From the NCBI GenBank assembly GCA_964384945.1, contig CAYLMK010000005.1:99549-163548 (forward strand): DNA of 64,000 nucleotides, read 5' to 3'. Under the pieces are notes generated by a model. The model ran no database searches. It was not told the origin of the DNA and saw only the letters and a program-made list of their open reading frames with translations. The translations under genes and the position numbers were made by a program. The stretch's first letter is position 1. The number at the start of each line of letters is the position of its first letter. The stretch is from an uncultured Thermodesulfobacteriota bacterium. Its GTDB lineage: Bacteria; Desulfobacterota; DSWW01. Shown piece by piece: positions 29,878 through 39,842 of this stretch.

Positions 29878-30813
29878 CTAAATGTACTCGATGGTCGCCG
29901 GCGGCTTGGGCGTCAGATCGTAGAGCACGCGGGAGACCCCCGGGATTTCCCCGGCGATCCGCTTCTCGAGCCTGCGGAGCACTTCCCACGGGAGATGCAC
30001 GGGCTCCGCCGTCATGGCATTCTCGCTTTCCACGCAGCGGACCACGATGATATGTCCGAATTCGCGGGAGCCGTCTGCCTTCAACCCCGTCGCCCGGTCC
30101 TTGAGCAGGACCGCAAAGCACTGGAAGGCTCGCATGCCCCCGGTCTCCTCCTCGACGATCTTGACGGCCTTGCGGACGATCCCGATCCTTTCCGGATTCA
30201 CCTCCCCCAAACAGCGGGTCGCAAGCCCGGGCCCGGGGAACGGCATGCGCTGCGCGACCGACTCCGGAAGACCGAGCGCGGTCGCCACCTGCCTCACATC
30301 CGGCTTGAACAGGTCGATCAGCGGCTCGATCACCTTGAAGCCGTATCCGGCCTCCGGGTCGATTCCGATCTGCTCGAGGATGTTGTGCTGGGTCTTCACC
30401 CCCTTCTGGGTCTCGATGATGTCCGCCTTGATGGTCCCCTGGAGCAGAAACCTCGCGCCGCTCGCCTTCACGACCTCGCCAAGGCAGGTGTAAAAGGTGT
30501 CTCGAAAGGCCTTCCTCTTCTCCTCGGGATCCTCGATGCCCTTCAGGGCGGAGAAAAAACGGTCCTTCACATCGATGATCCGGACGCGGATCCCGAGAGG
30601 CTTGAAGACGGCCGCAACGGACTCCGGTTCCTTCTCCCGCATCAGGCCGTCGTCCAGGAACACCGTTTCCAACCGCTCCCCGACCGCCCGGTGCCCCAGG
30701 GCTGTCACCACCGAGCTGTCCACGCCTCCTGAAAGGGCGTTAATGGCCTTTTCCCTTCCCACGGTCTCCCTGACCCGGGCCACCTGCTCGTCAATGAATC
30801 TCTTCGTGTCCAT
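29878..30813 (-). CDS. guaA: GMP synthase ATP-pyrophosphatase subunit (GuaA C-terminal domain, standalone)
   Basis: 311 aa. PP-loop 'LSGGVDSSV', GMP-synthase dimerisation domain, and a C-terminus 'PPATIEYI' (cf. canonical 'PPATIEWE'). There is no N-terminal glutamine amidotransferase domain, so this is a split-type GuaA subunit B. Confidence 0.8.
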   Translation of the reverse strand: MDTKRFIDEQVARVRETVGREKAINALSGGVDSSVVTALGHRAVGERLETVFLDDGLMREKEPESVAAVFKPLGIRVRIIDVKDRFFSALKGIEDPEEKRKAFRDTFYTCLGEVVKASGARFLLQGTIKADIIETQKGVKTQHNILEQIGIDPEAGYGFKVIEPLIDLFKPDVRQVATALGLPESVAQRMPFPGPGLATRCLGEVNPERIGIVRKAVKIVEEETGGMRAFQCFAVLLKDRATGLKADGSREFGHIIVVRCVESENAMTAEPVHLPWEVLRRLEKRIAGEIPGVSRVLYDLTPKPPATIEYI

Positions 30814-31277
30814 GGATCGGTCCTTTCTCCCGGTCTGGATGTGCGTGTCCGCGTCTGTGATCCGGCTGCGGGGACTTTAGCAAACCTGAATGCCATCTTC
30901 AATACGTTCCGCAGCGCTAAACCGCGCGGCCGACCGGGCTCACGCAAGGCCCACCGCCGGGGCCCGAACCGCGTCACGTGCGATCCGACCTTTCATAACA
31001 GCGTTCATGACACCACGCGAAAGAATGAGATATACCAAGAAATCAAGTTGTTGCGGAACGCGGACGGATGTAACAGATCGGGGCCGTGTCGGTCATCATC
31101 AACGCGAGGCCCGCGCCGCCGAAAAGGCGGAACGACACTTCGAGGACGCGGGCTGCACCGCGGCGAAGAAGGGCCGGATCTTCTCCGCGCAGAGGATCTT
31201 GGTCACGGTCGCGTGATTGCAGCGCTCGTCAAAGACGAAACGGATCCGAGAGGGAAAGCCCGCCTTGCGCGACGAGA

Positions 31278-32951
31278 TCAGCCGAGCACCGCACCCTTGG
31301 CGGCGCTGCTCACCAGCCTCCGGTAGCGGTTCATGTAGCCCGGGGGCACGGGCTTCTGGACCGGCTGCCAGAGCCTCCGGCGCTTCTCGAGCGCCTCGTC
31401 GGACAGATCGACCGAGATGGAGCGGTTGGGGATGTCGATCGTGATCCGGTCCCCGTCTTCCAGCAGTCCGATCGGGCCGCCCACGTAAGCCTCGGGAGAC
31501 ACGTGCCCGACGCACGGTCCCGAGGTGGCGCCTGAAAACCGGCCGTCCGTGATCAGGGCCACCCGGCTCAGGCCGGACATGACGAGCTCAAGGGTCACGG
31601 CCAGGATCTCGGGCATGCCCGGCCCCCCCTTGGGGCCTTCGTAGCGGATCACGATCACCGTTCCCTCCTCGATCTTCCCTCCCTGAAGGGCATCGAGGGC
31701 CTCCTGCTCCCCGTTCAGGACCAGGGCACGGCCGGTGAAGGTCCTCATCGAGGGGTCGACGGCGGACTGCTTGACCACCGCCCCTTCCGGCGCGAGGTTT
31801 CCGTAAAGGATGACCGTGGCCCCCTCCGGCAGCCGGGGCCTGTCGAGCGGCGGGATGACACTCTCGTCCAGCACGCGCGCCTCGGAGACGATTTCGCCCA
31901 GGCTCCGGCCGGACACGTTCAGGCAGTCCAGGTTCAGCATGCCACGGATGCGGCTCATCACGGCCGGAACCCCCCCGGCCCGGTAGAGATCCACGATGCC
32001 GTGCGGCCCGTTCGGGGCGATTCCGAGGAGCGTGGGGATCTTCCGGTTCATCTCGTTGAACGTCTTCAGGGGCAGCTCGACCCCGATCTCGTGCGCCAGG
32101 GCCGGCAGGTGCAGCGTGGCGTTGGTGCTGCCGCCCACGGCCACGTCCACCATGACCGCGTTCTCGATCGCCTGCTTCGTCAGGATCCGGCGGGCGGTCA
32201 GCCCTTCCGAGATCATCCCCACGATCCGCTTGCCCGCCTCCCTTGCCTTGCGAAGGACCTCCTCGTGGAAGGCCGGGGTCGCGGAGGTGCGCGGCAGGGC
32301 CATGCCGAGGGCCTCCATCAGGATCTGGCCGGTGTTGGCCGTCCCCATGATCTCGCAGGCGCCGCAGGTGGCCGGGGTGGCGGTCTGGATCTTGAGCTCG
32401 AGCGACTCGTAGTCTTTTGTATCGATGCTGTCCTGTCCGCCGGTGCAGAAGCGGATGTTCCAGGCACAGGCGCCGCCGGGGATGCAGATCGTGGGCAGGT
32501 CCAGCCGCGCGGCGGCCATCAGCATGGCCGGGTTGATCTTGTCGCAGGAGCTCAGGGTGACCAGGCCGTCGAAGAGCTGGGAGCGCACGTAGGTCTCGAC
32601 CGCGTCGGCGATGATCTCCCGCTGCGCCAGGATGAACCGCATGCCCTCGTTGCCGTTGGCAGGGCCGTCGCACGGAGCCGGAACCCCGAACTCGAAAGGG
32701 ATGCCGCCCGCGGCCCAGATCCCTTCCTTGACGCGGTCGGCCACGGCCCGCAGATGGGTATGTCCCGGGTTGAACTCGGCATACGAGTTGGCGATGGCGA
32801 TCACCGGCTTCTCCCGCATCTCCTGCTGCTCGATCCCCAACCCCTGAAGGATCGATCGCCTGGCAATCCCCACGAAAAGACCCTGGTCCTCAAAAACCTC
32901 CCGACTCCTGGGCTTCCTGACGGCCGCGTCGATCTTTCGCTCGTCACGCAT
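31278..32951 (-). CDS. ilvD: Dihydroxy-acid dehydratase (IlvD/Edd family)
   Basis: 557 aa. Fe-S ligand region 'CDGPANGNEGMR...SCDKINPA' and 'PGGACAWN'. The C-terminal 'GRFSGATSGPCVGHVSPEA' is the IlvD signature. Confidence 0.95.
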   Translation of the reverse strand: MRDERKIDAAVRKPRSREVFEDQGLFVGIARRSILQGLGIEQQEMREKPVIAIANSYAEFNPGHTHLRAVADRVKEGIWAAGGIPFEFGVPAPCDGPANGNEGMRFILAQREIIADAVETYVRSQLFDGLVTLSSCDKINPAMLMAAARLDLPTICIPGGACAWNIRFCTGGQDSIDTKDYESLELKIQTATPATCGACEIMGTANTGQILMEALGMALPRTSATPAFHEEVLRKAREAGKRIVGMISEGLTARRILTKQAIENAVMVDVAVGGSTNATLHLPALAHEIGVELPLKTFNEMNRKIPTLLGIAPNGPHGIVDLYRAGGVPAVMSRIRGMLNLDCLNVSGRSLGEIVSEARVLDESVIPPLDRPRLPEGATVILYGNLAPEGAVVKQSAVDPSMRTFTGRALVLNGEQEALDALQGGKIEEGTVIVIRYEGPKGGPGMPEILAVTLELVMSGLSRVALITDGRFSGATSGPCVGHVSPEAYVGGPIGLLEDGDRITIDIPNRSISVDLSDEALEKRRRLWQPVQKPVPPGYMNRYRRLVSSAAKGAVLG

Positions 32952-33087
32952 CGGTCCCTCCCTCTTATCTTGTCACTGCGATTCGTTCTCGAGAGCACTT
33001 CCTTCTCCCCTCCCGGGAGAAGGTCGGAATGAGGGGGCTCGTCGCACAAGGGCGGGGCCTGACCCCCGGCCCTTGCCCTTTCGCCTT

Positions 33088-33804
33088 CTACACCTTGCCC
33101 TTCAAATAGCGCTGCCGCTTCGGTTCCGGGAGCCGCTCGATCGCATACCGCAGCATCGTCCTGGGCATCGCCCGGTAATGCTCTCTGAGGAATCCCTCCA
33201 GAGCGGCCGGCTCCCGCTTCCCCACCTCACGAAGCATCCATCCCACGGCCTTGTGGATCAGGTCCTCTTCGTCCGAGAGCAGCATGCCTGCGATTCTCAG
33301 GGTCTCGGAAAACTCGTTCCGCTTGATGTAGTGAAAGGTCGCCAGGATGGAGACACGCCTTTCCCAGAGGTTCCCGGACCGGGCCAGGCGGTGGAGAATC
33401 CTCTTGCTCCCGTCCTTGAGGAATGCCCCCACTATGTGTTCGGCCGACAGGTCCACGAGGTCCCAGTTGTTTATGTACCGAAGATGATCCAGGTAGAACC
33501 TGTAAATGCGCCCCTGCTCTTCCGCCTCCCTCCTCGGGTAGGCACGAATCAGAATCAGGAGGGCCAGGGCCCTTTCTTCATGGATCCCGGACCGGAGCAG
33601 GATCCCGACCTCCTGCAGGGGCAGATCCTGGAACTCCCTTGCCAGTCTCCTCAATTCAGGAACCCGCACGCCCAGGAACTCGTCCCCTTCGCCGTATTCT
33701 CCCGGGCCGGTCTTGAAGAATCGCCGAGCGATTCCCGCTTTCTGCCGGTTCGCGAGCCGGAGAAGCCTTTTTCGCACTCCCGAGGCCTTCGGCGTCATCC
33801 TCAT
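33088..33804 (-). CDS. DNA alkylation repair enzyme (AlkD/AlkC-like HEAT-repeat glycosylase family)
   Basis: 238 aa. 'RRFFKTGPGEYGEGDEFLGVRVPELRRLAREF' and 'NNWDLVDLSAEHIVG' match the DNA_alkylation repair family. Confidence 0.8.
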   Translation of the reverse strand: MRMTPKASGVRKRLLRLANRQKAGIARRFFKTGPGEYGEGDEFLGVRVPELRRLAREFQDLPLQEVGILLRSGIHEERALALLILIRAYPRREAEEQGRIYRFYLDHLRYINNWDLVDLSAEHIVGAFLKDGSKRILHRLARSGNLWERRVSILATFHYIKRNEFSETLRIAGMLLSDEEDLIHKAVGWMLREVGKREPAALEGFLREHYRAMPRTMLRYAIERLPEPKRQRYLKGKV

Positions 33805-33845
33805 GTCTTCCTTCCCAGGGGTTCCTGCCTGCCGCCGGCAAGCAT

Positions 33846-34721
33846 TCAGCGAGGGCCGTACCTGGGTCTTCGCTTTTCGAAAAAGGCCGCGACGCCCTCG
33901 AGCGCGTCCTCGGTCTGCCCGGACAGGACCTGGTTCCTGTCCTCGAACTTGAGGGCGGCCTCCGCGCCGCCGGCGTCCATGTTGTAGTTCAGGGCCTCCT
34001 TGGTCAGCCGCAGGCCCATCGGGCTTCGGGTCAGCATGTATTCGGAAGCGAACGCCACGGCCCTGGGAACAACCTCCTCGTCCTTTTCGACGAGGAAATT
34101 CACATACCCCCAGGCGTAGGCCTCCTCTGCCGGCAGATCCCTGCCCGAGTAGAGCAGTTCGGCGCTCCGATGGAACCCGAGGATCCGGGGCAGAAAATAC
34201 GAGGAGCCGCAGTCGGCCCCGCTCACGCCGATCTTGATGAAGGCGTTGATGAACCGTGTGCCCTTGGACGCGACCACGATGTCGCTCGCATTGGCAAAGG
34301 CCATCCCGGCACCCACCGCGGCCCTGTGGACCGCCGTGATGACCGGCTGGGGGATCCGTCGCAGCTTGGCGATCGCCGAGCTCAGTTCGTGCTGCATCTG
34401 CCAGAAGGCCTTGACCTTGTCCGGGAAGCGGGCCCAGTCAGCGGGCTGCTCCCCCTCGGGGCTGGTGGTCAGATCGGCGCCGGAACAGAAGAGCCTTCCC
34501 GCCCCACGCATCACCACCACCCGGCAGTCAAAGGCGTGGTTCAGGAAATCGAGGCATCCGTGCAGGTCCTCCATCATGGCAGGGTTGACGGCGTTGAGCC
34601 TTTCCGGACGATTGAGCGTGAGAAGGCCGATCTCCGGATAGGCCGAGTTCGTTTGCAGGAAAAGCGTGCCCCACTCCTTCCAGGCCTTCCATTCACCGGC
34701 AGATTTCGACGGATCCGCCAT
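33846..34721 (-). CDS. Enoyl-CoA hydratase/isomerase (crotonase) family protein
   Basis: Crotonase-fold motifs 'FCSGADL' and 'ITAVHRAAVGAGMAFANASDIVVAS'. The start 'MADPSKS' is internal to the longer track ORF. Confidence 0.85.
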   Translation of the reverse strand: MADPSKSAGEWKAWKEWGTLFLQTNSAYPEIGLLTLNRPERLNAVNPAMMEDLHGCLDFLNHAFDCRVVVMRGAGRLFCSGADLTTSPEGEQPADWARFPDKVKAFWQMQHELSSAIAKLRRIPQPVITAVHRAAVGAGMAFANASDIVVASKGTRFINAFIKIGVSGADCGSSYFLPRILGFHRSAELLYSGRDLPAEEAYAWGYVNFLVEKDEEVVPRAVAFASEYMLTRSPMGLRLTKEALNYNMDAGGAEAALKFEDRNQVLSGQTEDALEGVAAFFEKRRPRYGPR

Positions 34722-35069
34722 GCCCGACTCCTTCCTGGTTGGTAGGTCTCGTCCCGGCCCCTGTCTGGCGGGCAGGATACACAGGGGACCCGGCCGCTGT
34801 CCAGCATCCGGCTCTTTTCGCTTCAACCTCGGGTCCGCTGAAGACAGGCGGCAGGCCGCGCCCACGGGCCTTCGAGCACATCGCGCCCCGCCTCATGACA
34901 GGGCCGAACGGCTTGTGCGGTCCCTCGGACGGCGCGAACGGAACGAGGGAAACCTTCCAGGCCCTGCCCGAGCAGGAGGTTTTCTTGACTTCACCCCTGG
35001 GTCCCGATACCGTTGAGTTCTTCCCCGTGCAAAACAAGGAGGCGTGGCGTGGCGGACAAATTCGTGAGC

Positions 35070-36854
35070 ATGCGAAACCTGAGATTCCTGCTCTACGAGA
35101 TCCTCGACGTGGAGTCGATCACGAAGTTCCCCTATTTCCAGGAGCACAACCGCGAGATCTTCGAGATGGTCCTGGAAACGGGGGAGAAGATGGGCAGGGA
35201 CCTGCTCCACCCCTATTTTGTCGAGATGGACAGGCATCCGCCGGAATTCGTGGACGGGCACGTCAAGGTCCTGCCCATGGTCCGAACGCTCATGAGGGAG
35301 TGCGGCGAGGGGGGCTGGATCGGCGCCCATGCCTCGTACGAGCGGGGCGGGCAGCAGATGCCCTCGCAGATCATGAATGCCTTCCGGTTCATCTTCTGCG
35401 CGGCCAATTACTCGGCGAGCGTGTATCCTTTTCTGACCGGGGGCGCGGCCCACCTGATCGAAAGCTTCGGCTCCGAGGAACTCATCGAGACTTACGTGCC
35501 CCGCATGTTCCGCGGCGAGTGGCAGGGCACCATGGCCCTGACCGAGCCTCAGGCAGGCAGTTCGCTCACCGATATCACCACGACCGCCGAGCCCACGGAC
35601 CGGGGATACTACAAACTCAAGGGCCAGAAGATCTTCATCTCGGCCGCGGACCACGACGGCGTGGACAACGTCGTCAACCTGCTGCTCGCCCGGATCAAGG
35701 GGGCGCCCCCGGGCGTGAAGGGGATCTCCCTGTTCGTGGTGCCCCAGAAGCGAATCACGCCGGACGGCGGGCTCGAGGGCAATGACCTGCTCACCACCGG
35801 GATCTACCACAAGCTCGGCTACAGGGGCTCCCCCATCACCCAGTTGAGCCTGGGCGAGAACGACGACTGCCGGGGCTGGCTCGTGGGAGAGCCGCACAAG
35901 GGCCTTCGGTACATGTTCCAGCTCATGAACGAGGCCAGGATCGACGTGGGAATGAGCGCCGCCGCGATCGCATCGGCCGCTTACTACGCTTCCCTTCAGT
36001 ACACGCGGGAGAGGCCCCAGGGCAGGCCGATCACCAGCAAGGACCCGATGCAGCCCCAGGTCCCGATCATCGAGCATCCGGACGTCAAGCGCATGCTCCT
36101 GTTCCAGCGGGCCGTCGTCGAGGGATCCATGGCCTTGATCTTCCAATGTGCCAGGTACGTCGACCTCACGCGCGTCCTCGATGGAGAGGAGAAGGAACGC
36201 TGCGAGCTGCTTCTCGACCTGCTCACCCCCGTGGCCAAGAGCTACCCCTCCGAGATGGGCATTCTCGCCGTCAGCGCCGGCCTCCAGTGCCTGGGGGGGT
36301 ACGGGTACTGCGACGAGTTCCCCCTGGAGCAGCACTACCGGGACATGCGCATTCACCCGATCCACGAGGGCACGACAGGAATCCAGGGCATGGACCTGCT
36401 CGGCCGCAAGGTCGTGATGAAGGAAGGCAAGGCCTTCCTGCTGTACCTGGAAGAGGTGGAACGGACCATCCGGGAGGCCCGGGCCGTCGCCCCCCTGGTC
36501 CCGCTGGCGGACGCCCTGGCTACATCCCTGGAAACGCTCAAGGAGGTGACCGGCCGCCTGACAGGCATCGCCGCGGAAGGGAAGATCGATCTTTTCCTCG
36601 CGGATGCCACGCTCTACCTGGAATTCTTCGGGATCATCGCAATCGCATGGCAGTGGCTCGTGCAGGCCGTCAAGGCACAGCAGGCGCTGGACAGGAACCC
36701 GATCGAGGCGGAACGGGACTTTTACACGGGCAAGCTCTTTACTTGCCGTTACTTCTTCGCCTACGAGCTGCCCAAGATCGACGGCCTCGGAAGGCGCCTG
36801 AAAGCCAGTGACGGACTGACCCTAGAGATGAAAGAGAAGTTCTTCGCGGACTAG
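35070..36854 (+). CDS. Acyl-CoA dehydrogenase (long AidB/FadE-like form)
   Basis: 594 aa. ACAD N-terminal, middle and C-terminal domains ('GTMALTEPQAGSSL', 'GQKIFISAADHDG', 'LQCLGGYGYCDEFPLEQHYRDMRIHPIHEGTTGIQ'). Confidence 0.9.
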   Translation: MRNLRFLLYEILDVESITKFPYFQEHNREIFEMVLETGEKMGRDLLHPYFVEMDRHPPEFVDGHVKVLPMVRTLMRECGEGGWIGAHASYERGGQQMPSQIMNAFRFIFCAANYSASVYPFLTGGAAHLIESFGSEELIETYVPRMFRGEWQGTMALTEPQAGSSLTDITTTAEPTDRGYYKLKGQKIFISAADHDGVDNVVNLLLARIKGAPPGVKGISLFVVPQKRITPDGGLEGNDLLTTGIYHKLGYRGSPITQLSLGENDDCRGWLVGEPHKGLRYMFQLMNEARIDVGMSAAAIASAAYYASLQYTRERPQGRPITSKDPMQPQVPIIEHPDVKRMLLFQRAVVEGSMALIFQCARYVDLTRVLDGEEKERCELLLDLLTPVAKSYPSEMGILAVSAGLQCLGGYGYCDEFPLEQHYRDMRIHPIHEGTTGIQGMDLLGRKVVMKEGKAFLLYLEEVERTIREARAVAPLVPLADALATSLETLKEVTGRLTGIAAEGKIDLFLADATLYLEFFGIIAIAWQWLVQAVKAQQALDRNPIEAERDFYTGKLFTCRYFFAYELPKIDGLGRRLKASDGLTLEMKEKFFAD

Positions 36855-36892
36855 AGCCCGCTTCAAGCGTCACTTTTTCAAAGGAAGGGAAG

Positions 36893-37843
36893 ATGCCCGG
36901 GCCGGCCCGACCCTTCTGGATCCCACTCCTCATCCTGCTGGCAGGATGCGCGGCCCCCCAAACGCGTCTCGACCGTGCCTCTCCCTACCGGGACCCAGCC
37001 ACCCTGCAGAAGGGAGAGATCCTGCACCTCGCAACGGGCCGGCTCGTCTCGGAGGGGCAACTCCTTGAATCCCTCTCCCGGTACCCGATCGTTTACGTGG
37101 GCGAAACCCATGACAGCCTGGACGACCATGCCGTCGAACTCTTCATCCTCAGCGGGCTTCACAGGAGATCGCCCGGGAGCGTGTCCCTCGGCATCGAGAT
37201 GCTCCCCCGGACCGCCCAGGCCGACCTGGATGCCTACCTCCTCGGCGACTTGGAGGCGTCGGAGTTCGAGCCGGTGTGGACTCGTTACTGGGGCCACTCG
37301 TTCGCCTATTACGAGCAGATCCTTCGTTTTGCGCGCGACAACCGGATTCATGTGCTGGCGCTGAACGTGGAGGAAGACCTCCGCAAGGCGGTCCGAAGGA
37401 AGCCGCCCGCCGAGATCGAGTCGGATCTGGCCGGCCGCCTGCCGGAGATGGACCTCGAGGACCCTTATCACAGGTCCGTGACACAGGCGATCTTCGCCTC
37501 GCATCCCATGGGCCCGCAGGATGCGGAGGCCTTCTATCGGGTGCAGGTCCTCTGGGACGAAACCATGGCCGACACCGCGGCCCGGTACCTCCGGAGTCCC
37601 GAGGGGAGGGGAAAGCAACTCGTCGTTTTGGCCGGGGCCCACCACGTGCGCCACGGCTGCGGAATCCCCCGTAGACTCTTCCGGAGAGTCCCCCTTCCCT
37701 TCGCCGTCGTCCTGCCTCTTGTCGTGGAGATCCCCCAGAACAAGAAGGACCGCATGATGAACCTCGAACCGCCTCCCCTCCCGATGCCCCCGGCGGATTT
37801 CCTCTGGGCGGTGGGATACACGAGCATGGACGACCTGGAGTAG
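36893..37843 (+). CDS. ChaN/DUF399 (Cofac_haem_bdg, Tiki/TraB-like) family lipoprotein
   Basis: Lipobox 'LLLAGCAAPQ'. Family motifs 'IVYVGETHDSLDDH' and 'LAGAHHVRHGCGIPRRL'. Confidence 0.5.
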   Translation: MPGPARPFWIPLLILLAGCAAPQTRLDRASPYRDPATLQKGEILHLATGRLVSEGQLLESLSRYPIVYVGETHDSLDDHAVELFILSGLHRRSPGSVSLGIEMLPRTAQADLDAYLLGDLEASEFEPVWTRYWGHSFAYYEQILRFARDNRIHVLALNVEEDLRKAVRRKPPAEIESDLAGRLPEMDLEDPYHRSVTQAIFASHPMGPQDAEAFYRVQVLWDETMADTAARYLRSPEGRGKQLVVLAGAHHVRHGCGIPRRLFRRVPLPFAVVLPLVVEIPQNKKDRMMNLEPPPLPMPPADFLWAVGYTSMDDLE

Positions 37844-37869
37844 ACGGCCCCGCATCGGTCGTTCGAGAC

Positions 37870-38214
37870 GTGGGTTTTTCTATTGACAAACAAACGGTTT
37901 TCCAGGTAAATCATAAAGACGAAGGAACCAAACTTCCGGAAAAGGAGACGAACATGACGGACAGGTCCACCCGGCTGGCCTTTACGGAACGGAACATCCA
38001 GCGATGGAAGATGATCCAGGTGATCTCCCTCCTTCCGCTCATCGTTTCCGTGTTCCTCATGTTTTACTTCAAGGGTTCCATGATGGGCACCATCGTCTTC
38101 TTTCTGGTCTTGATCGTCGGGGTCGTCCTGCCCCAAATCTGTCGGAACGTGATCGAATCGCACCTCATCCTGATGGAAGAGATCGAGCGGCTTCGCAAAG
38201 AGATCTCGAAATAG
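37870..38214 (+). CDS. Small hypothetical membrane protein
   Basis: Two predicted transmembrane helices ('MIQVISLLPLIVSVFLMFYF', 'IVFFLVLIVGVVLPQI'). The true start is probably the internal ATG 'MTDRST' (~37954). Confidence 0.35.
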   Translation: MGFSIDKQTVFQVNHKDEGTKLPEKETNMTDRSTRLAFTERNIQRWKMIQVISLLPLIVSVFLMFYFKGSMMGTIVFFLVLIVGVVLPQICRNVIESHLILMEEIERLRKEISK

Positions 38215-38291
38215 GGCGGGGACACAAGCCTCGCAGCCAGGACGGTCATCGAGGCCGCAATCGGCGCGAAGAAAGCCATGGGGCGCCCGCG

Positions 38292-38978
38292 CTAGCCGTT
38301 CTTCGCCATCCTTCGCTGAAGGCGCCTGAGGTTGGCCTGCAGACGCTGGTCGTTCGGCCGCAGCCTGCGCGCCGTCGACCAGTGTTCCTCGGCTCCCTTC
38401 CAGTCCTTCACGCTCAGGCAGGCGAACCCTTGATCCACGTGGCGATGGAAGGCGTCCGACTCGGACTCGGCAGCGCCGGCAACCGGCTCGGTACGGCCCG
38501 CCTGCTCGGGCGCACGGTAGGTCTCTCCACGGACAACGGGCAGCGAAACCGCCTCGACCTCCGTCTGCGGGGCCTTCTCCGGCCGGGGCTGGCCTCCGCT
38601 CTCGATGAAGGCGAGCAGAAAAGAGGGGAATTCCTTCGGGTTGAAGGGTTTCTCCAGAAAGAGTGCGGACGGGGACAGCCTGCCGGAGGGCAGGCACTCC
38701 AGGGGCAACGACTCCGCAAGGATGATCCACTTCCATGTCCCGCCTTCAAAGGCCTGATCCCCGCATAGGTAACGAGCGGCCGCCAAGGCCTTTTCCCAGC
38801 CGTCCACAACGATCACGTGGACCGGTTCCCGATCACAGATCTCCCTTGCCTCGGAAGGGTCCGTCACGCAGTCGATCACGAACCGGTCTTCGAAAAGGGC
38901 CAGCGTCCGGGTCAACTGCCACAGCAGTCGATGATCGAGACCCAGGAAGAGGATGTGCTCTTTATCTTGCCTTTTCAT
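38292..38978 (-). CDS. Atypical single-domain response regulator (receiver-like) protein with charged C-terminal extension
   Basis: Receiver-like layout: 'ILFLGLDH' (only one of the acidic pair), 'VHVIVVDGW' (candidate phospho-Asp), 'FLEKPF' (conserved Lys). There is no output domain. Confidence 0.4.
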   Translation of the reverse strand: MKRQDKEHILFLGLDHRLLWQLTRTLALFEDRFVIDCVTDPSEAREICDREPVHVIVVDGWEKALAAARYLCGDQAFEGGTWKWIILAESLPLECLPSGRLSPSALFLEKPFNPKEFPSFLLAFIESGGQPRPEKAPQTEVEAVSLPVVRGETYRAPEQAGRTEPVAGAAESESDAFHRHVDQGFACLSVKDWKGAEEHWSTARRLRPNDQRLQANLRRLQRRMAKNG

Positions 38979-38987
38979 GAAAAGCCC

Positions 38988-39842
38988 CTACGTCTCCCCA
39001 CCGTGACCGGCGCGGATCGCCCGGCGGTAGAGGACCCCGATGCACAGAGAACTCAGGACAACGACCGGCAGGGTGAGCCGGACGAACCGTCGCCGCATTT
39101 CCGTCAGCACGTTCGTCTGGGCCTCCTCCAGAATGCCGCCGGACCGCACGAGTTGCTCCTCCGGCACCGGGAGAACACAAAGCAACTGTTCTCCCACAGG
39201 CGCCACGGCCAGAAACCAGCTTCGCTTCTTCGACCGATCCGGAGAACCGGGCATGTCGATCGCAAAATAGCCGCCTCGGATCCACTTCCTCTCCATTCGC
39301 CGCATGGTGCGAAGAAAGGCCTCCCTGCCCTCCGGCTCATTCAGAAAGGCGGCCGATCCGAAGGGCGGCTCGGAGGGGTACAGGATGCGCAAGCCTGTCC
39401 GCTCCATCAGGATGAATGGCTCATCGGGTCCGAAGAACAGGCGGAATCGCTCCCCCCATGCCTCGACGAGCGCCTCGAGCCCGGCCTCCGCGATCGGCTC
39501 GCTCCCCCCGTCCTCCGGCCGGCTCGCCAACCGCACCGCTCCGGCGAGCCGGGACTGGACATGCTCCTTGTATAGGTACATACCGTACAGCCGCGGCAGG
39601 GCCTCTGCCTCGCCCTGAAGGCTCTTGAGCGTCGCATACGCGTATATCCACAGGGCCCACAAAGGAAGTATCGTCACAACGAGCACTGCCTTTGAGAAAA
39701 ACCTCGGGCTCATGCCCTCTGTGTTCCTGAAACCCATCCAGGCACCCCCGGAATCCGTGCAAAGGGGATTTCGTCCGTTCAACCCGACCGCATCGCTCCG
39801 GCCGGCCCGCCCGGCTCTGTGCGCGAAAACAAGGCCTCCCAC
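38988..39842 (-). CDS. Hypothetical membrane protein
   Basis: N-terminal signal-anchor 'FFSKAVLVVTILPLWALWIYAYA' and C-terminal TM 'LTLPVVVLSSLCIGVLY'. No family recognised. The start is uncertain, and the ORF overlaps the upstream pseudokinase ORF by ~60 nt. Confidence 0.35.
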   Translation of the reverse strand: MGGLVFAHRAGRAGRSDAVGLNGRNPLCTDSGGAWMGFRNTEGMSPRFFSKAVLVVTILPLWALWIYAYATLKSLQGEAEALPRLYGMYLYKEHVQSRLAGAVRLASRPEDGGSEPIAEAGLEALVEAWGERFRLFFGPDEPFILMERTGLRILYPSEPPFGSAAFLNEPEGREAFLRTMRRMERKWIRGGYFAIDMPGSPDRSKKRSWFLAVAPVGEQLLCVLPVPEEQLVRSGGILEEAQTNVLTEMRRRFVRLTLPVVVLSSLCIGVLYRRAIRAGHGGET

